Program-made: the position numbers and the translations under genes
NCBI RefSeq assembly: GCF_009914755.1
Contig: NC_060935.1
Reading direction: 5' to 3' (one strand)
Length of the DNA: 64,000 nucleotides
From: the human T2T-CHM13v2.0 reference genome, Homo sapiens
Part shown: positions 46,978 through 64,000 of the stretch, one piece after another
Layout of the letters: the number at the start of each line of letters is the position of its first letter
Numbering within the stretch: the first letter of the stretch is position 1
The notes under the pieces: generated by a model
What the model saw: only the letters and a program-made list of their open reading frames with translations
What the model was told of the DNA's origin: nothing
The model's database searches: none

Positions 46978-47275
46978 ACACACACGCACATGGGCACATG
47001 CATGCAGGCACACAAAAACAAGCCCATACACCAGACGAAAAAATACAGATGCAGGTACACACACATGGACATGGACATGTGTGTGCCTGTGCCCATATAA
47101 ACAAACATTAGTGCACACACACACTCACACACACACAGGCTCGGGCAGTATGTGCTCACACACAACCATACACACAGATACGCACAGAGGTACATTCACA
47201 CACAGACCAACACACACAGGCACACAGATGCATGCACGCATGCACGTGCGCGCACACACACACACACGTGCACCC
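46978..47275 (+). repeat. Degenerate (CA)n / alternating purine-pyrimidine tract
   Basis: cacacgcacatg...gcacgtgcgcgcacacacacacacacgtgcac. Confidence 0.9.
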
Positions 47276-47299
47276 ACCCTCAGTGATAACCTTCCAATC

Positions 47300-48350
47300 C
47301 ACTGGCCTCTCCGAAATTAGCACAGACCATTTTCCCACGACCCTTTCTCGCTGAGCGTGTGATTCCAAAACTGTCCACAAGAAGGTGCTCGGGAGCCAGA
47401 ATTCAGGCGTTCCCGGCCCGCGGACGCTTAGAGAGGGGAGCTTCGGAGTTATGGGGGGACCCACCCTTCCATTTAATAACTGAGAAAGCCACGGGAGGGG
47501 ACTTGCTGGGCTCACAGCCAGTGATCCCTGCCCTGTTTCCTTATGGGGACTGCGGTCAGAAATGGGGAGTGGGGCAGAAACTGTCACTGTCACGGTCCTG
47601 TTTAGAGAGGAAGGTCGGAGAAACCAGTGCCGTGGAAGGCTCTGGGGCGTTGACAGGCGCTGTCCCCAGCTCACCGGCTCTATGACCCTGGGTAAGTTAC
47701 CTGGCTTCTCTGTTCCTCAGTTTTCTCGTCTTCCCTGACCCAGGCTTTCCCGACTCCTCTAGGGGCCCCTTCCCCTCTCCATGAACACCTTCAGATCTCG
47801 GACTGTTTTCTCCACTCAAGTGGCATCTCAGCTATCCCCTCCCGGGTTAGGCCTCCCTGGCCCCTATTTAACGGTGTCCCCACCCCCACCACTATCTTGT
47901 TTGTACCAACACTTGCTGCCTGACAATGCACACTTGTTCATTTGTTCACGTTTATTTTGTCTTCTCCAGAAGAATGGAAACTTCGTCAGAGCAGGGACGT
48001 GAGGGTGAACTGCTCACCCGGGCACCGCTGGCGACCGGAACCCAGCTCCCTCCGGGCTCCGGGAGAGGCGGCCTCAGCTGTGTGCTGGTGCTGCCCTCCA
48101 GCGGCGCTGGGTCCCCATGGCACCTGGCTTTCTCCTGCTCCCCAGGGGCCTTTTCTTCTCCCGCCCACCTGTCACCAGCCGCCAGGGCAAGTCTCTGTGT
48201 GACTCTAGGGTGAAGGTGGAGGGACCTTGCCTCCGAGGATTCATCCCACCCGGATTCCGATGAGTGAGGGACCCTCTCTGGCACCTGGTGTTTGAATGGC
48301 CAGCCTCACAGTTAATAAAGACAAGTTTGGTATCAGCTGTGGGATCCGTC
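47300..48350. promoter_or_regulatory. CpG-enriched unique region with CTCF-like motifs
   Basis: Locally high CpG outside repeats; gtgctgccctccagcggcg (48088-48106) and tccacaagaaggtgct (47374-47389). Confidence 0.45.
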
Positions 48351-49769
48351 CAGAAAAAGACACCTTTGGGGCAGAAATATAATGGTGCCTGTCTCGACAT
48401 AGTCTAATAAGGAAAGAAAGACAAGCCAGTCCAACGGTCCCATTTTACACATGAGGTCACTTCATCCCCACCTAGGACAGGAGGGTACAACGGCCTGGCC
48501 TAAGATAACCCTAGAATATGGTCACTCATTCTTCCACCCACTGAGAACCTCAGGGCAGTAGAGTTTTATGCAAAGCATGTGGTCCTGAAAAACTTGCATA
48601 ATTCAAAGCGTGCATAATTTCTGACTAATTTTGCCAGAGAAATGAATGCAAAGTAGAAAGGATAGGTTGCATACATTACTCCAATTGTGGCATATTTTTG
48701 CCTTAATGCTGCTTTTTATTTCCCTGGCATTATCGCTAATATTTCATAACGCACTCTCTGCTAAATTAACAGTGCAGCATTTCCTGCCGGTGGTTTGGCC
48801 TTCTTCATAACGTTTTATCACATCTCACTTCCTTTCCAATGTTATCGATTTTCAGGTGCGTTTTTCAGCACCACCACTTAAAGAACACTTGGATGACATT
48901 GTTACAGGATATGGGTAAAATATTTAAAGTTATAATAACTGTGAACATTGAGAAAATGGCACACCAGTCACCAGAATCTCCTGCAGAAATTAGAAATTCA
49001 GAGGCATGTAAACAACAGTGCATGCATATAGAAAGCAGGTATTTCTATTTAATAACCAAAGCAACGTCGCCATGTGGCAGGTTTACAGTCCTCAGTTAAC
49101 AGCTCACTTAGTTCCTCCGACTCAAGGAAACTGCAATTCTTGACAGGTTTTTTTTTAACTGAGGGGCTTGGCATTATTTCCAGCTTAGTGCATAAACATG
49201 TATTAGCATTTTTATATTGCACCTTGCCAAAGTCACAGTTTAGACTCCCATAAACAGTGACTTCACCCTAAATGGTCACCCTAAATGGTTAAGGCTGTGT
49301 CCTTAACCCCAGAAGGGTGGAAATGTATGACTCCACCTAGTCATCTCAGATACGGATTTCAGAAATCTCAGCCACCCACCTCATACTTACACAGGGACCT
49401 TTTTGGAGGCAGCATCATCTGAGGCCGCTCTTGCCCAATTTGGCTGGCCCCACCTCCTCCCCAACGTCATCTTCTCTTGCAGTCTAGAGAGGGGGGCTAC
49501 TCCCCCAATATAGCATCCATATTTAGATCCATGTTGGAGGGTGGGTAGAAAGGGGAGGTAGGATGAGGGAAAATTGAGTCTCAGTTTCACACATTTGTAA
49601 GATCGTCAGACTTTCCACATTGCCAAGAAACTCGTCAGCACAACCGCTGTGAATTGGCTTCTTGGCCTTCGTCTGCCCAGAATTGCTTCCAGAATGGCTC
49701 CTTCAGCTTGGCCTGAGCTTGGCCCCAGAAAGAGTGCCACGGGCCCTAGGAAGGAGGAAAAGTGGGGCA

Positions 49770-49990
49770 TTCAGGGCAGGCTCTGAACCCACTTGGATTC
49801 CAGTCCTGATTCCATTTGCATGTGACCTTGAGCAAGTCTCTATGCAAGGCACTTCACCTTTCTGGGCCTCAGTTTCCACCTCTGTCAAATGGGGATAATA
49901 ATACCATCTACTTCCCAGAATTGGTGCCAGAATGAAAAGCAGTCCCTGCTGTGATAGTGTCTAGAACAGAGTAAGTGCCCAATAAATATT
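49770..49990 (+). mobile_element. MIR
   Basis: tgtgaccttgagcaagt...ctgggcctcagtttccacctctgtcaaatggggataataatacc. Confidence 0.85.
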
Positions 49991-50977
49991 CCTTCGCTCT
50001 TGTTGCAGTTAGAAAAGCGACTGGATGAGGCGTACATTTACTGGTACCCTGGGATGTATAAGGGCCAGTGTCCGGGTGAGGCGATCCTGCCCCTCGGAGA
50101 ATTTATGGTCCAACTTTGGAGAGTGAACCTGCCCTCCCACTAATTCAAGAATTCACCAGCCAGGAGAACTGCATGTGGAATTGCCCGGTCCAGCCCTGAC
50201 TTTGCGCAAGTGTCCATCAAGTCTCCTTCTGCCTCTGGGCTGCCTCTGAGACTTGAGGGGGAGTAAACAGGAGCCTAGGGGTCTCTCCACCCTCCAGGTG
50301 CCCCATCAGGCCGGCACCTCCCCACCAGCCCACCCCTCCCCTTGCAGCAGCAAATCTGCAAATGTGCCTTGCAAGCATGTCCAGTGGGCCAGAAGCCACA
50401 CTCATCCTCCCCACCCCTTCAGAGGACAGCAGAGGTGCCTGGCCCAAAGGCGGTGGTTGGAGCCTGGGCTTCCTGCCTGGGGTGGGGTGGAGAGGGATCT
50501 GCCTTCTCTTCTGGGCCCCTGCCCCCCAGGTTTTTCTTCCTCGATACTCACGTTCCTTTCCCTGGACAATCCCTTGCTCTATGAGGGCCTCAGCTTTCCC
50601 CTCTGAAAAATGGGCAGCCTGGACTTCTCCAGCTCCTCCAGCTAAGACATTCATCTCCCTATCTCCACACCAGCCTCGCCGCCAACACCCCGGTCCCTCT
50701 CTCTCTCCTCTGCTGTTGTGGGGGCCTGTCCCTGGGGTCACTGAGGCTACTGCTGGCTGGGCTCCCAAGCACCAGAGAAGGACTCCACAGAACAATAGCA
50801 GAAGGAAGGGGGCCATTCTTCAGGAGGAGAGAATGAAATGGCCTAGCTCAGCCATGCCTGCCCTAGGTCCAAAGCCCCCAGCTCCATTCCTGCCTCTTCT
50901 GCCATGTTCCCATGTTTCTACATATGCATGTCTCCCACCAGACAAGGTGGTCCTGAGAGCAGGAGACACCCAGGCTA

Positions 50978-51460
<483 letters not shown>

Positions 51461-52736
51461 CTAAGTCTACAAAAATAAAAGAAAGGACTCTACCTCAGGC
51501 CCACACTTCCCTCCCCTCTCTGCCTCCCTTCCCCTCTCCCCCAAGCCCCTCTTCTGCTTGCCTCCAGCCTCCCACCTAGAGACTCAGTCATTTCTGGCTC
51601 TTTCTGACCCTGCTTTAGAATGAGAAAAAATATGGGGAAGCAGGGGCTTTTGATCATAAGGACAGGGGAAAGGAGATGGGATCCTTATCATGGCCTAGCT
51701 TCCGGCAAGATGTCTAAAACTCACATAGAATTGTCTCCTAGGGGAAATCACCCACCTGCATAATTTTCATATCCAATAATACTATAAGAGTGTCTATGTC
51801 CTTCCTACCTTGAGTTACATTTCTAAAAATCTTTATCATGTGAGTCACGAAAGGTGCCAGCTGCCAATAAGTGTGCATGGGGAGAGGACAGATAGCTGGG
51901 AGTAGAGATTTATGTTGCCTGATAATACTAAAGAATTGCTATACTCAGTTTCATCAAACCCAGGTCCTAATGTCAGCCTGAAATTCTTCCTCCTCCAGGA
52001 AGCCCTTCTGGACTGGGAGGGAAAGTCTATGATACAAGAAACAGTGTCTGATGTTTCCCAGATCCACCTTTTTTTCTCCTGTACCACGCCCACCACCTAG
52101 ACAGCCCTTTCTCCATAGGTGTCCAAATGCCCCGAGTCTGTCAGTGCCAGGCTTGCATGCCATTATTTCCCAGATGAAAGTGACTACCCCCCTGTTAGGA
52201 CCCAAGCACTTCCTACCCTGGCCTGTGATCACAGGTCCTAGGAGAATTGCTCAGCAATGGGAGGGAGGACACGTAGCAGGTCCCAGCCCTGACTTTGCCC
52301 AAATATCTGTCAAGCCACTTTCGGCCTCTGGGTCTCCTCCCTGAGGGATGGATGTGAGCTTAGAGGCCATTTAGGCTAACCCCTCCCCAGCCTGGTTGCC
52401 GTCTCCCCATATCCCTGACTTATTCATGGATGCTGAGGAATTGGTATGTTTGTCAAGTGACTAAATGAATAAATTCAGAACTTGGGGATTCCAAGATCTA
52501 ACGCTCCCTCAAAGTTAAGCCTCTTAGCCTCCTTAACCCTGCAACTATCCTTCCTTTTCCTTATACCAGTCCAGTAACCAAATCACCTTCTAAACCACCA
52601 GCCGGCCAGCCATACCCCCAATATGACCCAGGTGAAATGACCAAAAAGGTTGACAGTACATCCAGTCACTGGGTTTTTATAAAATTGTAATTAGTAATTA
52701 TTATGTACTATGGAGGTAATAATAATAGCAGCAAAC

Positions 52737-52830
52737 ATTTATTTTATTTTATTTTATTTTATTTTATTTTATTTTATTTTATTTTTTGAGACAGAGTCTT
52801 ACTCTGTCGCCCAGGCTGGAGTGCAGTGGC
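52737..52830 (-). mobile_element. Severely 5'-truncated Alu with (TTTTA)n tail, inside a MIR
   Basis: (atttt)n then gagacagagtcttactctgtcgcccaggctggagtgcagtggc; MIR continues on both sides. Confidence 0.85.
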
Positions 52831-53609
52831 CCACCTGGTACTGGGCTTGAGGCTTTGATGTGAACGACTTCATTTAATCCTCACAGTAATCCATAAGGGA
52901 GTTCCATCATTAGCCTCTACCTTTCAGACCTGGAAATGAGGCGTAAAGGGGTTAAACTTGCCCCATGTAGCAAGCTGGTAACAGAATTTGGGGACTTTAT
53001 AAAATCATTCTTTATCCATTGTGTACAATATTTTTCCATTTTTGTAGTCCTCTTTCAGACTTTGACATTTTTTTTTTAATTTCATATCCTAATCTATTTT
53101 CAGTTCATTACCCCTGCCCTATTTGTTTGGCAATGTTTCTGTGAACTGTCAATCTTGTCTTCCTCTCTAAGAGACTAGAAATATTCATGGAATTTGTGAA
53201 AACATAGCCAAATAGGTAAAGTGGACATGGATGACTGAAAATGAATTTTTTTAAATGAAACAACCTAGAAAGAAGACAAAATTGCTTTCAAAATGCATGC
53301 AAAAATTGCAAAATCTCCCCAGGGTGCAATGACCTTATCAAGACAGGAACTAATGGCTGTAAACATTCATTTCCAACTGAATTTCTTTCAGTTGATTCAC
53401 TTGGAACCCAGAAAAACTTTAAAATTTGTAATAACTTCATCAGATGAATGCATAATTGCTGGGAAATTATTTAGCAATTAAAAGCCCAGAAGTCTGAAGG
53501 TGGGGTTGGTGTATAGAGCTAAAATGCACTTTAGAAGCTATCCTCATTGTACATAAAAATTAATAATACTTGATAAAACAGGGGCCAGAAATACTGTTTC
53601 AACCAAATT

Positions 53610-55586
<1,977 letters not shown>

Positions 55587-55849
55587 AACCACGTTGCTTT
55601 TTATGCAACAATCTGCTGGCTTCTCAACACCAAATGTGTATGCCCTACCTATTTGCATTCATGCACAAAAATGTGTCTATGTGCATACACACAAACACAC
55701 ACATACACCTGGGCCCCTCCTGCTGCTCCCCGTGTGGTGAAGAACACCCTCAATGAGGATGAACTTTGGCCTCTGCACAGGAACTGGCTGACCCTGAGCA
55801 GTTCACTTCAGACCTGCTTTTCCAACAATCAAATGTGGACAATAATCCA

Positions 55850-57185
<1,336 letters not shown>

Positions 57186-57450
57186 GCTATGGGCTGACTT
57201 GCGTCCCCGCTCTCTGCCAACAAATTCGTATGTTGAAGCCCTAACATCCCCTGCCATTTTGACTGTATTGTAGTTAGGGTCTTTATGGAGGTAAAGATAT
57301 GACAATTATAAATGTATATCCACCATGCAACAGAACCCCAAAATATATGAAGCAAAATTAACAGAACTTATGGAAAAACAGTCAATTGTATTATTATAAT
57401 ACAATACAATTTAGGGAGAATTGACATCTTAACAATTTAAAGTCTTTTGA

Positions 57451-57739
<289 letters not shown>

Positions 57740-58076
57740 TAACCAGGATGGTCTCGATCTCCTGACCTCGTGATCCGCCCATCTCAGCCTCCCAAAGTGC
57801 TAGGATTACAGGCTTGAGCCACCGAACCCGGCCAATGTTTGGTAGTTTTTAGCATACAAATCTTGCACGTATTTCAGGTTTTCCTTGATATCGTAAATGG
57901 TCCTTTTTTTCTTTTTTTTGACACAGAGTCGCTCAGGCTGGAGTATAGTGGTGTGATCTCGGCTAACTGACACCTCCACCTCCCAGGTTCAAGTGATTCT
58001 CCTGCCTCAGCCTCCGGAGTAGCTAGGATTACAGGCATGCGCCACCACACCTGGCTAATTTTTATATATCTAGTAG

Positions 58077-58193
<117 letters not shown>

Positions 58194-58615
58194 TAAATGG
58201 TATTTTTTTTTTAAAAAAATCTCAATTTTTGCTTGTTTATTTCCATCTATAGAATTGATTTTTCTATATATACAATTGATTTTTGTGTATTGATCTTGTA
58301 TTCTGCAACCTTGTTTAACTCACTTATAAGCTCTAATAGCTTTTTTTTTTTTACCTCTAATAGCTTTTTAAAACAACTTTATTAAGGTATAAATCACACA
58401 CCATACCATTTATCCATTTGAAGTGTCAATGGTTTTTACTATATTCATAGAGTTGTATAAGCATCACCACAACCATTTTAGGATAATTTAGTCACTCCAG
58501 CAAGAAACCTTCCTATCTTTTGCAGTCACTTTGCATTTCCCATAGCCCCCTAGGTCCTACGCAAACACTAATCTAGCTTCTGCCTCTATAGATTTACCTA
58601 TCTGGGATTTTATAA

Positions 58616-58906
<291 letters not shown>

Positions 58907-59555
58907 TGATCCACCCGCCTCAGGCTCCCAAAGTGCTGGGATTACAGGCGTGAGCCACTGCGCCCAGCCTAATGTAATATTTTCAAAGTTCATCCATGTT
59001 GTAGCATGTTATCAGTACTTTTTTCCTTTTTATGAATGAATAACCTTCCATTGTATGGACATATCACATTTCATTTATCTGTTGATCAGCTGATGGACAT
59101 TTGGGTTGTTTATACCTTTTGGCTATTATGAAGAATGCTGCTATGAACATCTGCATTCAAGTTTTTAGGTGGACATTTGCTTTAATTTCTCTGAGGCTTA
59201 TACATAGGAGCCGAATTATTAGGTCATATGGTAACTCTGTGTTTACTCCTTTGAGGAACTGCCAGACTGCTTCTAAAACAGCTTCATCATTTTACATTCC
59301 CACCAGCAATTTATGAAAGCTGCAATTCCTCCATGTCCTGGCCAACCTTGTTATTGTCTGTTTTTTTATTATTTTTATTATTTTATTATTATAGCCACCC
59401 TAGTGGATGTAAGTGCTACTTATTGTGGTTTTGATTTTTGTTTCCCTAATGACTAATGATTTCTAGCATCTTTTCCTGTGCCTGTTGGCATTTTGCATAT
59501 CTTCTTTGGAGAAATATCTACTCAAGTCATTTGATCATTTTAAAATTGTGTTATT

Positions 59556-60597
<1,042 letters not shown>

Positions 60598-61062
60598 TAA
60601 AATTGGGTTGTTGGTCTTATTTGTTGTTGAATTGTAAGAGTTCTTTATATATTCCGGATAGTAGACCCTTATTGAATATGATTTACAATTTTTTTCCCAT
60701 TCTGCAGATTATCCTTTCACTTTCTTAATAGTGTCTTTTGATGAACAAAATTTTTCTAATTAATGAAGTCTAAAATAGGTATATATTTTTCTTTCACTGC
60801 TTGTGCTTTCATGTCATACCCCAAAATCCATTGCCAAATCAAAGGTTTACCTTAGGTTTTGCTGGAAATGTTTATACTTTTTTTTTTTTTTTTTTGAGAC
60901 AGAGTCTTGCTCTGTCACCCAGGCTGGAGTGCAGTGGCGTGATCTCAGCTCACTGCAACCTCAGCCTCCCAGGTTCTAAGGGATTCTCCTGCCTCAGCCT
61001 CCCAAGTAGCTGGGATTACAAGCACACACCACCATGAATGGCTAATTTTGTATTTTTAGTAG

Positions 61063-61212
<150 letters not shown>

Positions 61213-63115
61213 TGACACTTTTTTTTTTGGTCTTTGATATATTTTGATTTAATTTTTATAGTTGGTGTGAGATAAGGTTCCAACTTCATTCTTTTGAATG
61301 TAGATATCCATTTGTCCAAGCATCATTTGTTGAAGAAACTATTCTTTCCTCATTGAATAGTCTTGGCACTCCTTTTGAAAATCAAATAACTACTGACATC
61401 TACATTGATGATGTTTTTCAGGACTCTCTGTTCTATTCTATTGATCTATATGTCTATCCTTATATACTGTTTTAGTCACTGTAGCCTTATAAGAAGTTTC
61501 GAAATTGGGAAGTGTGAGTCCTCCAAATTTGTTCTTTTTCAAGGTTGTTTTGGCTATTCTGGGTCCCTTGAAGTTACATATGAACTTTAGAATCAATTTT
61601 TTCATTTCCACAAAAAGGCTTTTGGGATTTTGACAAGGATTGCCTTGAATCTGTAGTTTGCTTTGGGGTATACTGCCATTCTTGCACAGGATTTCTTTCA
61701 AGGTATTTAGGTCTTCTTTAATTTTGTTCAGTAATGTTTTGTAGTTTTCAGTGTACAAATCATGTACCTCCTTAGTTAAATTTATTCCTAAGTGTTTTAT
61801 TCTTTTTGATGCTATTGTAAATGGAATTGTTTTCTTCACTTCCTTTCTGTGTTGTTCATTACTCCTGTATAGAAATGCCACTAGTTTTTGTGTGTTGATT
61901 TTGTATCCTGTCATTTTTCTAAATTTAATAGTTGGCTCTGATAGAGGATTTGTTAGAATTTCTTATATATAAATCATGTCATCTGTGAATAAATATAATT
62001 TTACTTCTTCCTTTCTAATTTGGATGTTTCATTTCTTTTTGTTGCTTAATTGCTCTGGCTAGAACTTCCAGTACAATGTTGAATAGCAGTAGCAAAAGTA
62101 GGCATCCTTATCTTATTCCTGATCTTAGGGGAAAGATTTCACACTTTCACCATTGGGTATAATGTTAGCTATGAGTTTTTCGTAAATGTCCTTTATCATG
62201 GTGAGGAAGTTCTTTTCCATTCCTAGTTTCTGAGACTTTTAGTCTCGAAAGGTGTTGGATTTTGTTAAATATTTTTTCTGCATCAATTTGAAATGCTCTT
62301 ATGGGGATTTTTCTTCATCCCATTAAGGCAGTATATTACACTGATTAATTTTTATGTTGAACCAACAGTGCATTCCTGGGATGACTCCTACTTGGCAATG
62401 ATGTATAATCCTCTTCACATGTTGATGGATTTGGTTTGCTAGTATATTGTTGAAGATTTTTGCATCTACATTCATAAGGGATATTCGTCTGTGGTTTTCT
62501 TTTCTTGTGATGTCTTTATCTGTCTTTGATATCAAAGTAATGCTGAATTCCTAGAATGGGGTAAGAAATGGTCTCCCTTTCCATTTTTTGAATGAGTTTG
62601 ATAAAGATCAGTGCTAATTCTTTGTCAGATGTTTGGTAAAATTCACCAGTGAAGCCATCTGGTTGTGAGCGTGTTTTTATTGGGAGGTTTTTGATTACTT
62701 ATTCATTCTCTTTATTTACTAATGGGCTGTTCAGATTTCTATTTCCTCTTGAGTCAGTTTTGGTCGTTTGTGTTTCTAGGAATTTGTCTATTTCATCTAG
62801 ACTATCTAATTTGTTAACTTTCAATTGTTCATTATATTCTCTTACAATTTCTTTTTTTTTTTCTGTAAACTCTTTTGTAATATCCCCACTTTCATTTCTG
62901 ATGTTAGGAATTTGAATCTTCTCCCTTTTCTCTTTGTCAGTCTAGCTAATGGTTTGCCAAGTTTGATGATCTTTTAAGGCCAATAACCAACTTTTGGTTT
63001 CCTTGATTTTCTCTACTGTTTTTCTATTCTCTACTTTTTCCACTATAATCTTTATTATTTTCTTCCTTCTGCTAACTTTGGGTTTAGATTGTATTCTTTT
63101 TCTAGTAGCTTAAGG

Positions 63116-63634
63116 CAGCAGTCCCCTACCCTTTTAGCACCAGGGACCAGTTTTGTGGAAGACAATTTTTCCACAGACCGTTGGGGAGAGGATGGTTTCA
63201 GGATGATTCAAGCACAATACATTTATTGTGCACTTTGTTCCTATTATTATTACATTGTAATATATAATGAAATAATTATACAACTCACCATAACAAAGAA
63301 TCAGTGGGAGTCCTGAGCTTGTTTTCCTGCAACTAGACAGCCCCACCTGGGAGTGATAGGAGACAATAACAGATCATCAGGCATTAGAGTCTCATAAGGA
63401 GCACACAACCTAGATTTCTTGAATGCACAGTTCACAATAGGGTTTGTGCTCCTATGAGAATCCAATACCACCACTAATGTGACAGGAGGCAGATCTCAGG
63501 TGGTAATGCAAGCAATGGGGAACAGTTGTAAATACAGATGAAGCTTCACCCTCTGCTCACCTCCTGCTGTGTGGCCCAGTTCCTAACAGGCCACAGACCA
63601 GTACCAGTCTGTGGCCCAGGGATTGGGGACACTG
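63116..63634 (+). mobile_element. MER1A (hAT-Charlie)
   Basis: cagcagtcccc..gcaccagggaccagttttgtggaagacaatttttccacagac...ggattggggacactg. Confidence 0.9.
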
Positions 63635-63847
63635 ACATACATTGTAAAGTTAGGTTATTTATTTGAGATCTTTCTTCTTTTTTAAAGTAGGCATTTATAA
63701 CTATGACTTTCCCTCTGAGCACTGCTTTTGCTGCATCCTATAAGTTGTGGTATGTTGTTATTTTATTTTCATTCATCTCAAAGTGTTTTCTTCTTTCACC
63801 TGTAATTTCTTCTCTGGCCCACTGGTTATTTAAGAATATATTGCTTA

Positions 63848-64000
63848 GGCCAGGTGCAGTGACTCATGCCTGTAATCCTAGCACTTTGAGAGGCCGAGGT
63901 GGGCAGATCACGAGGTCAGGAGTTCGAGACCAGCCTGGCCAACATGGCGAAACCCTGTCTCTACTAAAAATACAAAAATTAGCCGGGCATGGTGGCATGC
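63848..64000 (+). mobile_element. AluS (Sg-like), cut by window end
   Basis: Left arm and start of right arm. Confidence 0.92.

Noticed and set aside
47371-47392. Possible non-canonical REST site (CTGTCC-7nt-GGTGCT)
   Set aside because: Both half-site flanks deviate from consensus; too weak without ChIP data.
61438-62535. Reverse-transcriptase-like ORFs
   Set aside because: Dead L1 ORF2 remnants with stops and deletions, not a functional gene.

Overview
Human genomic DNA: it carries a human-specific SVA_F1 and about 45 Alus. The window is intergenic or deep-intronic. I find no supportable protein-coding exon, tRNA, rRNA or CRISPR array, and the long ORFs come from Alu, L1, SVA VNTR or simple repeats. 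Roughly 60-70% (estimated by eye) is interspersed repeat, often nested: Alu, L1, L2, MIR, MaLR/ERVL LTRs, and hAT, Tigger and piggyBac DNA transposons. Highlights: (1) a TSD-flanked SVA_F1 carrying spliced MAST2 exon 1 (13215-15234, minus); (2) a cryptic, fragmented hAT-Tip100-like transposase fossil (about 16540-17500) that keeps two catalytic Asp motifs and CxxH at canonical spacing and is split by a MIR; (3) a 69-bp inverted templated insertion inside an Alu, copied from 1 kb upstream; (4) a 5'-truncated BC200 (BCYRN1) retrocopy; (5) a MER75 piggyBac MITE retaining the PGBD4 N-terminus; (6) non-repeat islands with regulatory grammar: a double RFX X-box plus CCAAT, tandem octamers, recurrent TGCATAAT POU sites, a CpG-enriched CTCF-like region and a (GGAA)15 microsatellite. 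Repeat subfamily names come from recalled consensus sequences. Boundaries of old repeats are approximate.
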